Source: an uncultured virus (IMG/VR IMGVR_UViG_3300031951_000040)
Lineage: Duplodnaviria > Heunggongvirae > Uroviricota > Caudoviricetes
Direction: 5' to 3' (one strand)
Length of the DNA stretch: 56,569 bases
IMG/VR virus record: IMGVR_UViG_3300031951_000040
Under the pieces are notes generated by a model. The model made no database searches. It worked only from the letters and a program-made list of their open reading frames with translations, and was not told the DNA's origin. The position numbers and the translations under genes are program-made. Positions 19,115 to 27,442 of the stretch are shown piece by piece. The number at the start of each line of letters is the position of its first letter. Position 1 is the first letter of the stretch.

Positions 19115-20182
19115 TTAAAATCCTATTTGTTTTTTATTTTCAACTCGAACCACGTCTTCATCGATATTATAAATATCCGCAAGTGTAGTTGGTTTATCAA
19201 CTGTTTTTTTCTTACCTAAGTGTTTTAATAATTTGTTAGATTCTTCAACACTTAGAGGTTCAAATTTATGTTCACAAATTAATCTACCCTTTCTCAGTAG
19301 GGCTTGGTCAATTTTTTCTTTTTTCATATTGAAGGTAGCAACGATTTGAATATTCAAACAATCCCCAAGAATACCATCTGTTATGTTTAATATATTAGAA
19401 ACACCAACAGAAGAACCGTTTAATTCTCTATCTGAAATTACTTTCTCGGCATCTTCAATAATCAGAATAGAGTTTTTATGTTCCATCAAGAATGGAATAA
19501 TTGAGGGTTCTGAAAGAGATTCGGCCATAGATGGTGGAATAAATAGTATCTCTTTATCGACAATCAATCTTGTAAGGTACTTTATATACGAAGTTTTGCC
19601 CGTGCCGGGGTCTCCATGAAATAACACAATACCTTTATCATTTTTCTTGTTCAGTCGAGTGACAATAGTATCGTGTAGTTTTACAAACTTATCACCGTAA
19701 TTTAATTTTATGTCAACATCAGGTACATTTAATTCATATTCCTCGGTGTCCATATGACCATGTTCAGATTTTACTAAACTAATACCACTCTTTTTTAATT
19801 CAAACTCAAATCCTGATATTTTTTTCAAATCAAAATTTGTATCAAATATACCATGAGATAATGTGTAATAAAATTCTAACTCAAATAATAATTCTTCTTT
19901 TTCATATTTTGATTTTAATAATATTGCAGTTTTATTATTATCATTAAGAAGAAAAATTTCTGTATTTGGTTTATGTACTCTTCTTTTAGAGGTTGAATTT
20001 AATTCACATATAGGTCTATATCCATCTGATATGAAATAATCCATTACATCTGATGTATACACCTTCTCCGTCTTATAAACAGATGGTATTTCATCAAAGG
20101 TGTGAAGATACAATTGATTCGTTGGTACGTCGGTACCATACGATGTTTCATAAATAAAATATTGGTCTGGTGTTTTTCTCAT
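19115..20182 (-). CDS. AAA+ ATPase
   Basis: Walker A GDPGTGKT, Walker B LIIEDAE, ALLRKGR arginine finger. Confidence 0.9.
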   Translation of the reverse strand: MRKTPDQYFIYETSYGTDVPTNQLYLHTFDEIPSVYKTEKVYTSDVMDYFISDGYRPICELNSTSKRRVHKPNTEIFLLNDNNKTAILLKSKYEKEELLFELEFYYTLSHGIFDTNFDLKKISGFEFELKKSGISLVKSEHGHMDTEEYELNVPDVDIKLNYGDKFVKLHDTIVTRLNKKNDKGIVLFHGDPGTGKTSYIKYLTRLIVDKEILFIPPSMAESLSEPSIIPFLMEHKNSILIIEDAEKVISDRELNGSSVGVSNILNITDGILGDCLNIQIVATFNMKKEKIDQALLRKGRLICEHKFEPLSVEESNKLLKHLGKKKTVDKPTTLADIYNIDEDVVRVENKKQIGF

Positions 20183-20183
20183 T

Positions 20184-20474
20184 CTATTTGTAATAAAATT
20201 TTAAATCCGTTGATTCATAAAAGTAAATTCCATTAAATTCACTATCTTCTACTTTTTTAAAAATCATCAAAGATACTCTTAGAAATTCAAGTTGTTCCTG
20301 TGTTAATTGAGGTTCACCTGTTTTTCTAAAATTATTTTCAGCGACTTTTAAAATACTATTATAAAACTCATCTTCGTTCAAGTTTGATAAAAAATATTTT
20401 CTCGCTTCCTCATTACTTTCAAAGTAATTTTTAATTGTTTGCAAATATATCAAACTTTCAGGAGAAAAATCCAT
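20184..20474 (-). CDS. Hypothetical protein
   Basis: ORF tightly packed in the operon. Confidence 0.7.
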   Translation of the reverse strand: MDFSPESLIYLQTIKNYFESNEEARKYFLSNLNEDEFYNSILKVAENNFRKTGEPQLTQEQLEFLRVSLMIFKKVEDSEFNGIYFYESTDLKFYYK

Positions 20475-20476
20475 TT

Positions 20477-21367
20477 TTAATAATTCATAATCAGTAATTC
20501 AATACCTTCGTTTTGTGTTCCGTCTTTTTTAGCGGCAGCCGCCTTTTTGAAAGTTTCTTTAGCCCATTTGTAACCAGTTGGTTGAAACATCAAAAGTTGT
20601 CCATTTTTACCAATACCAACACCATTTTCGGGGAACCAATCATGAAGTTGTTTAAACTCATAATAAGATAAACTAAATTTACCTTGTATACCCTTTAATG
20701 TGTTTGCCAACCTTTCATGGTCATTACTATCAAAATCATGATTTGAATAATAATTTTCTGTTTTCCAATAAGGGGGGTCCATGTAAAAATATGTTTTTGG
20801 CGAATCATACTTTTCAACAACTTTTTGGAAATCCATGTTTTCGACAAACGTGATTCTATCTAAATGTGCTCTATATTCAGGATGTTTGAGTTTGTCCATA
20901 AAGATTAACACCTTACATCTGTACTTACCCTTGTAATCAGTATAACTAGAAGTTTCGGGTTTGGAACCTGAGAAAACTTGAGTTAATACGTAAACGTATT
21001 TTGCGGCAACATCAAAATTGGGCTCATCCCCAATGACTAATTCTTCGTTGAATACTTCTTTTTGGTATGTACGGAACATTTGTTCATATTCAGGTGGGGT
21101 GTTTTCCACACCTAATTGTTGACATGGGTATTTCGCGAGTTCATCCCATAACCTATCGTAATGTTTAGCACATTTAAAAAGGTTTGCGTTCAATCGATTA
21201 AAGTCATTGTAAACGACTGTTTTGAGATTGGGGTATTTCTTTAGGTCCATATTAAAAAAGACCCAAAACATACCCGAAAACCCCTCCACGTAGGTTTCAA
21301 TATCATTAGGTATGAACGGAACAATCCACTTACCTATTCTAGCTTTTCCTCCAATGTAAGATATCAT
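20477..21367 (-). CDS. DNA adenine methyltransferase (Dam/D12 class)
   Basis: YIGGK, YVEGFSG, YNDFN, FYMDPPY. Confidence 0.9.
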   Translation of the reverse strand: MISYIGGKARIGKWIVPFIPNDIETYVEGFSGMFWVFFNMDLKKYPNLKTVVYNDFNRLNANLFKCAKHYDRLWDELAKYPCQQLGVENTPPEYEQMFRTYQKEVFNEELVIGDEPNFDVAAKYVYVLTQVFSGSKPETSSYTDYKGKYRCKVLIFMDKLKHPEYRAHLDRITFVENMDFQKVVEKYDSPKTYFYMDPPYWKTENYYSNHDFDSNDHERLANTLKGIQGKFSLSYYEFKQLHDWFPENGVGIGKNGQLLMFQPTGYKWAKETFKKAAAAKKDGTQNEGIELLIMNY

Positions 21368-21452
21368 TTATAATTTTATATTTTGCGTTATTAGTCCTCT
21401 AACTATAAAAATATAAGAAACTTTTTTCAAAAATGGAAATCAGTGCGCACTT

Positions 21453-21620
21453 TTATTTTACCGGCTGAGATTTGGTCTTTCCACCTTTCTGTCTTTTTCT
21501 TCTCGCGGCGCAGTGGGCTTTTTGAGAAAAACCTTTTGGATTGCTACAATCTATGGTCTTTTTATATTTCATTGACCATTTTTCAACCACCATGTCTTCC
21601 AACAATTCAATCAATTTCAT
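21453..21620 (-). CDS. Small phage protein with KWS.KYK...C.NPKGFSQKAHC motif (55 aa)
   Basis: Not in the ORF track; manual translation MKLIELLEDMVVEKWSMKYKKTIDCSNPKGFSQKAHCAAREKRQKGGKTKSQPVK; TATTTATC 3 nt upstream. Confidence 0.8.
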   Translation of the reverse strand: MKLIELLEDMVVEKWSMKYKKTIDCSNPKGFSQKAHCAARRKRQKGGKTKSQPVK

Positions 21621-21623
21621 ATT

Positions 21624-21641
21624 GATAAATACTTATTTATT
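21624..21641. promoter_or_regulatory. Back-to-back divergent TATTTAT motifs
   Basis: Minus-strand TATTTATC at 21624-21631 and plus-strand TATTTATT at 21634-21641. Confidence 0.45.
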
Positions 21642-21657
21642 ACTTATTTTTTGTATT

Positions 21658-21822
21658 ATGGGATGTTCTAATTGTAAACAGAAGAAAGAAATGGCTCCTC
21701 CAACAAAGGAGTCATTGGAAAGATTAGCACAAAAGACAGAAAAGGTGATGTATGGTGCTTTTATTATTTGGAGTGTTTTCGCGGTTTACGGAATCTACTC
21801 CTTTGTTAAAAACTTTCTATGA
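21658..21822 (+). CDS. Small membrane protein starting MGCSNCK
   Basis: ATG 21658 preferred over the TTG of the track; C-terminal hydrophobic helix; ATGA overlap with next gene. Confidence 0.65.
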   Translation: MGCSNCKQKKEMAPPTKESLERLAQKTEKVMYGAFIIWSVFAVYGIYSFVKNFL

Positions 21823-22457
21823 AAAATGGAAAATACTTTGTAGTTCTCTTTTGTAACAAGAAAAGAGTTAAAATTCTATACAGGTGTCAAAAAAGGACAA
21901 CTGTGTACGAGTATTGGCATGAATATAAGACAGAGAAAAAACCAAGATTTGTAAAAACACAAAACAGAAAAAGAAACAACGAAGTAGTTTATGAACTTGC
22001 GTTAATTTTTCCTAACAATAGGTGGGCGACTAAAACATTTGTCAAGGATAGTTTGGGGAGATTGATTGAGGCTAAGTACGAAGATGATAAATTCAGAATC
22101 AAAGAGATAATTCCTTATTGGAAAGAAGAACTAATATACGATTTTCAAAAGAAGGAAAGAATTAGATATCATGAATTGTTAGAACAAATAACATCTATAA
22201 ATGAAATAGGTCAAATATTCACATTGAATAATAAACTATTTGTTCAAAACGATGATAATATACTGTTGTTTGGAAATAAGAACATCCGTGACGCTAAAAG
22301 GTTGTTTGAATTGATAAGAGAGGACGTTCTAAAAAAGAAGAAAGGTAATTTCATATTCATAAAAGACGTGTCAACCGCACAAAGAAAATTGTTATATCAA
22401 CTACTTGAATCCAAAGGATTTAAAAAATCAGAATTATTTAGACACTACTCTTATTAA
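21819..22457 (+). CDS. Hypothetical basic protein
   Basis: 212 aa ORF. Confidence 0.75.
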   Translation: MKNGKYFVVLFCNKKRVKILYRCQKRTTVYEYWHEYKTEKKPRFVKTQNRKRNNEVVYELALIFPNNRWATKTFVKDSLGRLIEAKYEDDKFRIKEIIPYWKEELIYDFQKKERIRYHELLEQITSINEIGQIFTLNNKLFVQNDDNILLFGNKNIRDAKRLFELIREDVLKKKKGNFIFIKDVSTAQRKLLYQLLESKGFKKSELFRHYSY

Positions 22458-22677
22458 AGATGATATCCACCTGACCAATTTTAATTGTAAAAGTTTTGTC
22501 GGGTTTAACCATTCGACTATTTTGTTTTTTTGAGATATAATCAAAAGTTTGTAGAAACTTTTCGTTTTCTAACTCAATAACCAATGTGCACGATTTAGTA
22601 TCCAAATTAATTTTTTCAATTAAATCTGATATTATTGCCAATTGATTTATCAAGTCACCTTTTTTTTCCATATCCAA
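22438..22677 (-). CDS. Hypothetical protein
   Basis: ORF in the minus-strand operon. Confidence 0.65.
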   Translation of the reverse strand: MDMEKKGDLINQLAIISDLIEKINLDTKSCTLVIELENEKFLQTFDYISKKQNSRMVKPDKTFTIKIGQVDIIFNKSSV

Positions 22678-22867
22678 AAATTATAGAAAGTCTTTTAAAA
22701 AAAGAAAGTTTTTCTTTTTTAGGGGTCTCAAACATTTTGGTTTTATCCAATTTTTTGATTTCCTCAATCATTTGATTCTTGTGGGATTGTATCTCCTTGG
22801 AGTCCCTCTCCACTTCCCGATTCAACCAATTTAATCCCTGTTGTATTCTCTTGTCTTGCATCCTCAA
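22655..22867 (-). CDS. Hypothetical protein
   Basis: ORF overlapping both neighbours. Confidence 0.6.
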   Translation of the reverse strand: MRMQDKRIQQGLNWLNREVERDSKEIQSHKNQMIEEIKKLDKTKMFETPKKEKLSFFKRLSIIFGYGKKR

Positions 22868-23219
22868 TAAATGATATTTCTTTTAACTTATCAAGTGTCT
22901 GGTGTTGAAACAAAACTTCTAACTCTTTAATCTTTTGTTGTAAGAGTCTTTGTTTCTCTTCCATTTCTTTATTCATGGTTATTATTTCTTTTGCACAAGA
23001 AAAAACAACATCATAACCATCAGCGGTTGCATTACTGATTAATGAAACCAAAGTAAATTTCTCATTTTTATCTTGTATCTTATATTTGATAGATTTGTAT
23101 TGAGAAATTATTGATTCGATTTTCCAAGTAACAGGAAGTTTAATGTCTAAACTTACGTTATTGTCTATTTCTCTCAAAGAGAAAAAATATGGTCTTAAAT
23201 GTCTTATATTGTCAAACAC
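22764..23219 (-). CDS. Hypothetical coiled-coil protein
   Basis: GTG start, 151 aa. Confidence 0.7.
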   Translation of the reverse strand: MFDNIRHLRPYFFSLREIDNNVSLDIKLPVTWKIESIISQYKSIKYKIQDKNEKFTLVSLISNATADGYDVVFSCAKEIITMNKEMEEKQRLLQQKIKELEVLFQHQTLDKLKEISFIEDARQENTTGIKLVESGSGEGLQGDTIPQESND

Positions 23220-23223
23220 TAAA

Positions 23224-23406
23224 TTATATTATTAAAAATGTTATTATGTAAGAAACCGCAAGATAAAACAAAACAGATTCTATTTTGGTCAACTTTAATA
23301 TTGAGGGTTGTTCTGAGAAGAATTTTATCAAAAATTCAACACAGAACCTTAGTACGTAAATGGTACTCAATACCATCAAAAAAATAAAGATATAATTAAT
23401 CATCAT
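23224..23406 (-). CDS. Small two-TM membrane protein
   Basis: Two hydrophobic stretches. Confidence 0.65.
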   Translation of the reverse strand: MMINYIFIFLMVLSTIYVLRFCVEFLIKFFSEQPSILKLTKIESVLFYLAVSYIITFLII

Positions 23407-23578
23407 GTTTTTTTATTTCTTGTAATAGTTCTTTTCTATAAAGAGGAATTAACTCTTTTATTTCTTGAGCATATTTTCTAGCTCGAATAGATGCACTTCT
23501 ATTACCCTTTTCGAATACCTTGGTGGTATCAACAGACATTTTTTCCACCAAGTCTTTGATTTGTTTAAGTGTGTCCAT
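23396..23578 (-). CDS. Histone H1-like (Hc1-type) small nucleoid protein
   Basis: EKGNRSASIRARKYAQEIK resembles the GNKAAGTRARK motif of Bacteroidota histone-H1-like proteins. Confidence 0.7.
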   Translation of the reverse strand: MDTLKQIKDLVEKMSVDTTKVFEKGNRSASIRARKYAQEIKELIPLYRKELLQEIKKHDD

Positions 23579-23596
23579 TTTTCCGTTTTTATATAT

Positions 23597-23625
23597 AGTA
23601 TACGGAAAATAAACTACTTTTTCAA
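23597..23625 (-). promoter_or_regulatory. Sigma70-like promoter TTGAAA-N17-TATACT
   Basis: -35 at 23620-23625, -10 at 23597-23602. Confidence 0.65.
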
Positions 23626-24078
23626 GTTTTGTTCGAATAATTTATAAATTTCTGTGAGAATGTCCAACTCGGACCTTGACTTTTGATATCTAAAATCAAA
23701 TAACTTGTAAAAGTATTCAGATATTCTATTTTCTTTTTCTTCCAATTTAACAAAATAGTACGCCTCATAGAAAAAATTCCACATATATTCATAGTGGGTT
23801 CCTTTCTCCTTGAAGAATATTTTTTCTTTATCAAAATTGGTGATTATTTTATTCCAACACCAATTAAAATGGTTTCGTTGGTCTATTTCGTCATAAAGTA
23901 CATCAGAACCTAAAAAGGTTTCGTCTACTAAATCATATAAAGAAGATAGGAAATCATAAAATAATATTATTTTATCCCTATTAATGTTGTAGGTTCTATA
24001 CCAAATGTCTATTTGATGTTTGTATTTTTCAGAAATATCTGACTCAATATACTCTTCTCTATTTTCCATAATCCTCAT
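23614..24078 (-). CDS. Hypothetical protein
   Basis: 154 aa ORF. Confidence 0.75.
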   Translation of the reverse strand: MRIMENREEYIESDISEKYKHQIDIWYRTYNINRDKIILFYDFLSSLYDLVDETFLGSDVLYDEIDQRNHFNWCWNKIITNFDKEKIFFKEKGTHYEYMWNFFYEAYYFVKLEEKENRISEYFYKLFDFRYQKSRSELDILTEIYKLFEQNLKK

Positions 24079-24119
24079 CTGTTAAAATATAAGGATAAAA
24101 GAAAACAAAAAAAAGAAGA

Positions 24120-25445
24120 TTACTGAGTACTTTCGTTGTATCCGATGATTTTTTTCATTCTCGAGATTTCCTCATTCACAATTGAAGTCATTGTAGTTTT
24201 AGATTCATTCACACTCTTTACTTTTAAAGGTTGAACTCCTCTTGCTCCATGGAATGCTTCAGGTGCGTCTTTCTCTTTTTCTTTTTTTCTTTCAGCCGAT
24301 TTACTTAATCTCTCTCCTGTTTTTGTTTTTATAACGTTAGCAGCATTTTGTGAGTTACCCATTTTTGAGTCACCTTCTAATGCCATTTTTAATCTTTTTT
24401 TGAATGATTCTGATGGTTCAAAATCATAATTTAAATCTAAAAGGGTACCACCCTTCATATTATCATCAATATACTCTTCTTGTTTCTCAGTTGGGTTTAC
24501 CGCCATTTTTTCACCTTTACCAACTTGTTTTGGAAACTCAGGATTATCATTACCATCAAATGTTGATGCTTTTTTCAGTTTTTTCTGAACATCTTTAATT
24601 GCGTCGTCATTTTCTTTTTTAGAACCACTCTGAGCTTTCTTAGTTACCGCAATACCGGGTACCGCCTCACTTAGATTTTTTTTTGAATCAATTACCATTT
24701 TTTTAATCAAAGAAACCATTTCACTTTCAGTAAGTCTAAGAACCGATTTCTTAGATTCATACATACCAGTACCACACTCTGAACACATTCCTTCCTCATT
24801 CATGGGTGAACCACACTCACTACACGTACCCATTTCACCTTCATTTGTATCAATATCTTTAGTGATTGTTACTTTATGCATTTTACCACTTCCTTTAGGG
24901 AATTCGAATTCTTTTTTACCAGCATCTCTCGCTTTATCAGCAGCCAAAACAAACGCGCTTGATTCCTCCACATTTGTTTCTTCTTCCATATAACCTTGTC
25001 CACACTCATCACAAACACCTTCCTCTTCTTCAAGTTGTTTCCATGATTCTTCAACATTATGTACTTTTCCGTTAAATTTAATTTCTTTTAGACCTTTTTC
25101 TTTAGCGGATAAAATGGCTTCTGCCATGCTCGATACTTTAATTTTTTTCATTTTTGTGGTTTCTTTATTTTCTTCTAATTCTTCTCCCATCTGGTCTAAT
25201 TTATCAATCATTTCAGTTGGTGAATTATATTTTACTTTTTCGATTATGAACTCCTTTTTAGGATGTTTCTTTTTATAAATATCCAAATGTTGCATTGCAA
25301 TTTCTTCGGATTCAAATGTTTCAACGGGTTCTCCCTCGCAAGTAATTTGAAACATATCTTGAGATTTTTTATTTTCTTTTAATATGGTTCTTTTTACTTC
25401 GTCAAATAATGACTCCGAAATGATATTTGATATATTCTTTTTCAT
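24120..25445 (-). CDS. Glu/Lys-rich protein with three CxxC motifs; putative head/internal virion protein
   Basis: CDECG, CSECG x2, LRLTESEMVSLIKK, VNEEISRMKKIIGY; TATTTATT motif upstream; function is inferred. Confidence 0.55.
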   Translation of the reverse strand: MKKNISNIISESLFDEVKRTILKENKKSQDMFQITCEGEPVETFESEEIAMQHLDIYKKKHPKKEFIIEKVKYNSPTEMIDKLDQMGEELEENKETTKMKKIKVSSMAEAILSAKEKGLKEIKFNGKVHNVEESWKQLEEEEGVCDECGQGYMEEETNVEESSAFVLAADKARDAGKKEFEFPKGSGKMHKVTITKDIDTNEGEMGTCSECGSPMNEEGMCSECGTGMYESKKSVLRLTESEMVSLIKKMVIDSKKNLSEAVPGIAVTKKAQSGSKKENDDAIKDVQKKLKKASTFDGNDNPEFPKQVGKGEKMAVNPTEKQEEYIDDNMKGGTLLDLNYDFEPSESFKKRLKMALEGDSKMGNSQNAANVIKTKTGERLSKSAERKKEKEKDAPEAFHGARGVQPLKVKSVNESKTTMTSIVNEEISRMKKIIGYNESTQ

Positions 25446-25949
25446 TTACTTAATAAATATCTTATTTATTTCATTTATTACAATTTTCTCGACCTGAGAA
25501 TACGGTAATCCTAATTTTTTTGATACATTATAAACGGATTCTTTCAATTCTTGGTCTTCAAAAAAATCTAAACTTTTGATATCACCCTGATTACAGTAAG
25601 GATATTTTTTACATCTTTCTTTTACCTTTACATAAACACCACCAGGACCTCCCCATTTTGGGAAATTTTTATCTTTTACCGCTCGACTGTTCATGATACT
25701 ATTGGGACCATTGATTTTTAATGGGTTCGACCTACCAGCACTATAAGAAGTGTCATATTGTCCTGAAGAAGAAGAGTCTGTAACTTCACTTAATTCTTCT
25801 TCAAAATTATGAATCTTTTTTATTTTCCTTTTAACTAATGGACCGCTCAGAGCTCCCTCAAATGAACCTGAGGAATCTGCAGAAGTTTCATTTGTATCTT
25901 TTGGGGAAGATTTTTTCCCTCTCAATATTTTCTCGAAATTATATGACAT
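25446..25949 (-). CDS. Hypothetical protein
   Basis: 167 aa, KERCKKYPYCNQGDI motif. Confidence 0.7.
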   Translation of the reverse strand: MSYNFEKILRGKKSSPKDTNETSADSSGSFEGALSGPLVKRKIKKIHNFEEELSEVTDSSSSGQYDTSYSAGRSNPLKINGPNSIMNSRAVKDKNFPKWGGPGGVYVKVKERCKKYPYCNQGDIKSLDFFEDQELKESVYNVSKKLGLPYSQVEKIVINEINKIFIK

Positions 25950-26188
25950 TATCTAACACTTTTTAAGGGTTGTTCCCAAAAAGACTTACGTTGCCATAGT
26001 GTTTTGAAAAGTTCCACAACAACTTTAGATGATAGGTCAACGATTCTTTCATCAACTGACCTAGCACCTATCTCTTTTTGTATTATTTTCATTACAATGG
26101 TATGTGCTTGAGTGGTCTCAAGAAAATCTTTCATTTCTTTTCTTGCAATCTTTTCAATTTCTTTAACATCGGTGTTTGTAAGTGCCAT
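25949..26188 (-). CDS. Hypothetical protein
   Basis: TAATG-coupled ORF. Confidence 0.7.
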   Translation of the reverse strand: MALTNTDVKEIEKIARKEMKDFLETTQAHTIVMKIIQKEIGARSVDERIVDLSSKVVVELFKTLWQRKSFWEQPLKSVR

Positions 26189-26733
26189 TATGCGTTCATT
26201 CTATCTCTAATTAATGGCTCCATAGCCGATGTGAAAGTTGGTTCAAATTTTCTCAATTTTTCTAACATGTCCATTGTTTCGTCGTCTAATAATAACATGT
26301 CGCCATTTATGTATAACCCACTACCTTCACCCGAAATCATAACAAAATTAATTTCTAAGTCTGTAATTTCACCATCAAGTCTGATTTCAGTCTCGGTTAT
26401 GGTAATTCCAGGTTCTAAACTTGCAATTTGTGAAACTTGTTGTCTAAATGAATCAATTATTTGTGATAAGGCGGTTTTTTCTTCAGGTTTAAGTTTTATA
26501 TCCTCTTGGTCAGAAGACAATAATTTAACATCCACATCATTAACAACCTCCACGTTATCGTACTGTTTTTTGTTTAACTCGTTATCGGTATTTTGTGTAT
26601 TGGTATTAGGTTGTTGAGTTTCATCCTCTTCCTTAATCAAATTCTTGTTGGTGTACACGGTTTCATTAAGAGACCTTAACGTCTTTAACATACCTTTTAT
26701 CTCGTCGTACCCCGATGTTTTTCTATTGTTCAT
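26188..26733 (-). CDS. Hypothetical acidic protein
   Basis: TAATG-coupled ORF. Confidence 0.75.
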   Translation of the reverse strand: MNNRKTSGYDEIKGMLKTLRSLNETVYTNKNLIKEEDETQQPNTNTQNTDNELNKKQYDNVEVVNDVDVKLLSSDQEDIKLKPEEKTALSQIIDSFRQQVSQIASLEPGITITETEIRLDGEITDLEINFVMISGEGSGLYINGDMLLLDDETMDMLEKLRKFEPTFTSAMEPLIRDRMNA

Positions 26734-27328
26734 TTTTAAAAATTAGTCTAAAATTAAATGATGGGTTTATATCTGTATAAATATTTGAGAAATTAGATTT
26801 ACACACTACACCATTAAATTTAATAGCGCTTTCAAGATATCCCTGAGAAGGTACTATATTTTTTGGTATACCGTGGGATTCACATATATGTTCACACAAT
26901 GATGAAATTGATAATACTTGGTCATCATTATACCTATCCCAAAAATAATGGTTTCTCCAATTTCTAACGAAAGGTTCACATCTGTAAGGGTCTCCAATCC
27001 AATTATGCATGAAACCTGTTACGGTATTTTTACTTAACCATCCTAAATTTTCAACCGCAATTTTAATAAATTGTTTGTCAATATAAGGTTCGTCAAATGT
27101 ATTTGAATAATAGTTGGTATCGAAAAGTTGGTAGATTGTACCTAATTTAGTGACAATAAAGTGTGGTATTTCGTCGTATTTACCACACTTCCTGTACTTT
27201 AATTTATTAATGAAATCGTCCGCACGTCTATTAGTGTCGTACAGTAATATTTGGGTTTTTTTCGTTCTGCGACGAACAACATTTAAAGTTTTATCATCTA
27301 AACCTTCTACGTTGTGTATTTCCAACAT
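26723..27328 (-). CDS. N-acetylmuramoyl-L-alanine amidase (Amidase_2)-like, apparently degenerate Zn site
   Basis: PHFIVTKLGTIYQLFD, IAVENLGWL, Y...QV.S...LC..IC..HGIP, TDINPSF. Confidence 0.7.
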   Translation of the reverse strand: MLEIHNVEGLDDKTLNVVRRRTKKTQILLYDTNRRADDFINKLKYRKCGKYDEIPHFIVTKLGTIYQLFDTNYYSNTFDEPYIDKQFIKIAVENLGWLSKNTVTGFMHNWIGDPYRCEPFVRNWRNHYFWDRYNDDQVLSISSLCEHICESHGIPKNIVPSQGYLESAIKFNGVVCKSNFSNIYTDINPSFNFRLIFKNEQ

Positions 27329-27442
27329 TTCTAGTTAACCTTTTACTGATAACAGAAGAAATGTCGTTGTCTTCTGTATTATTTATTTCCCCATTGTCCA
27401 AACCAAAGTTTTCCAACGATTCCTCCTGTTGTGGGGACTCTT

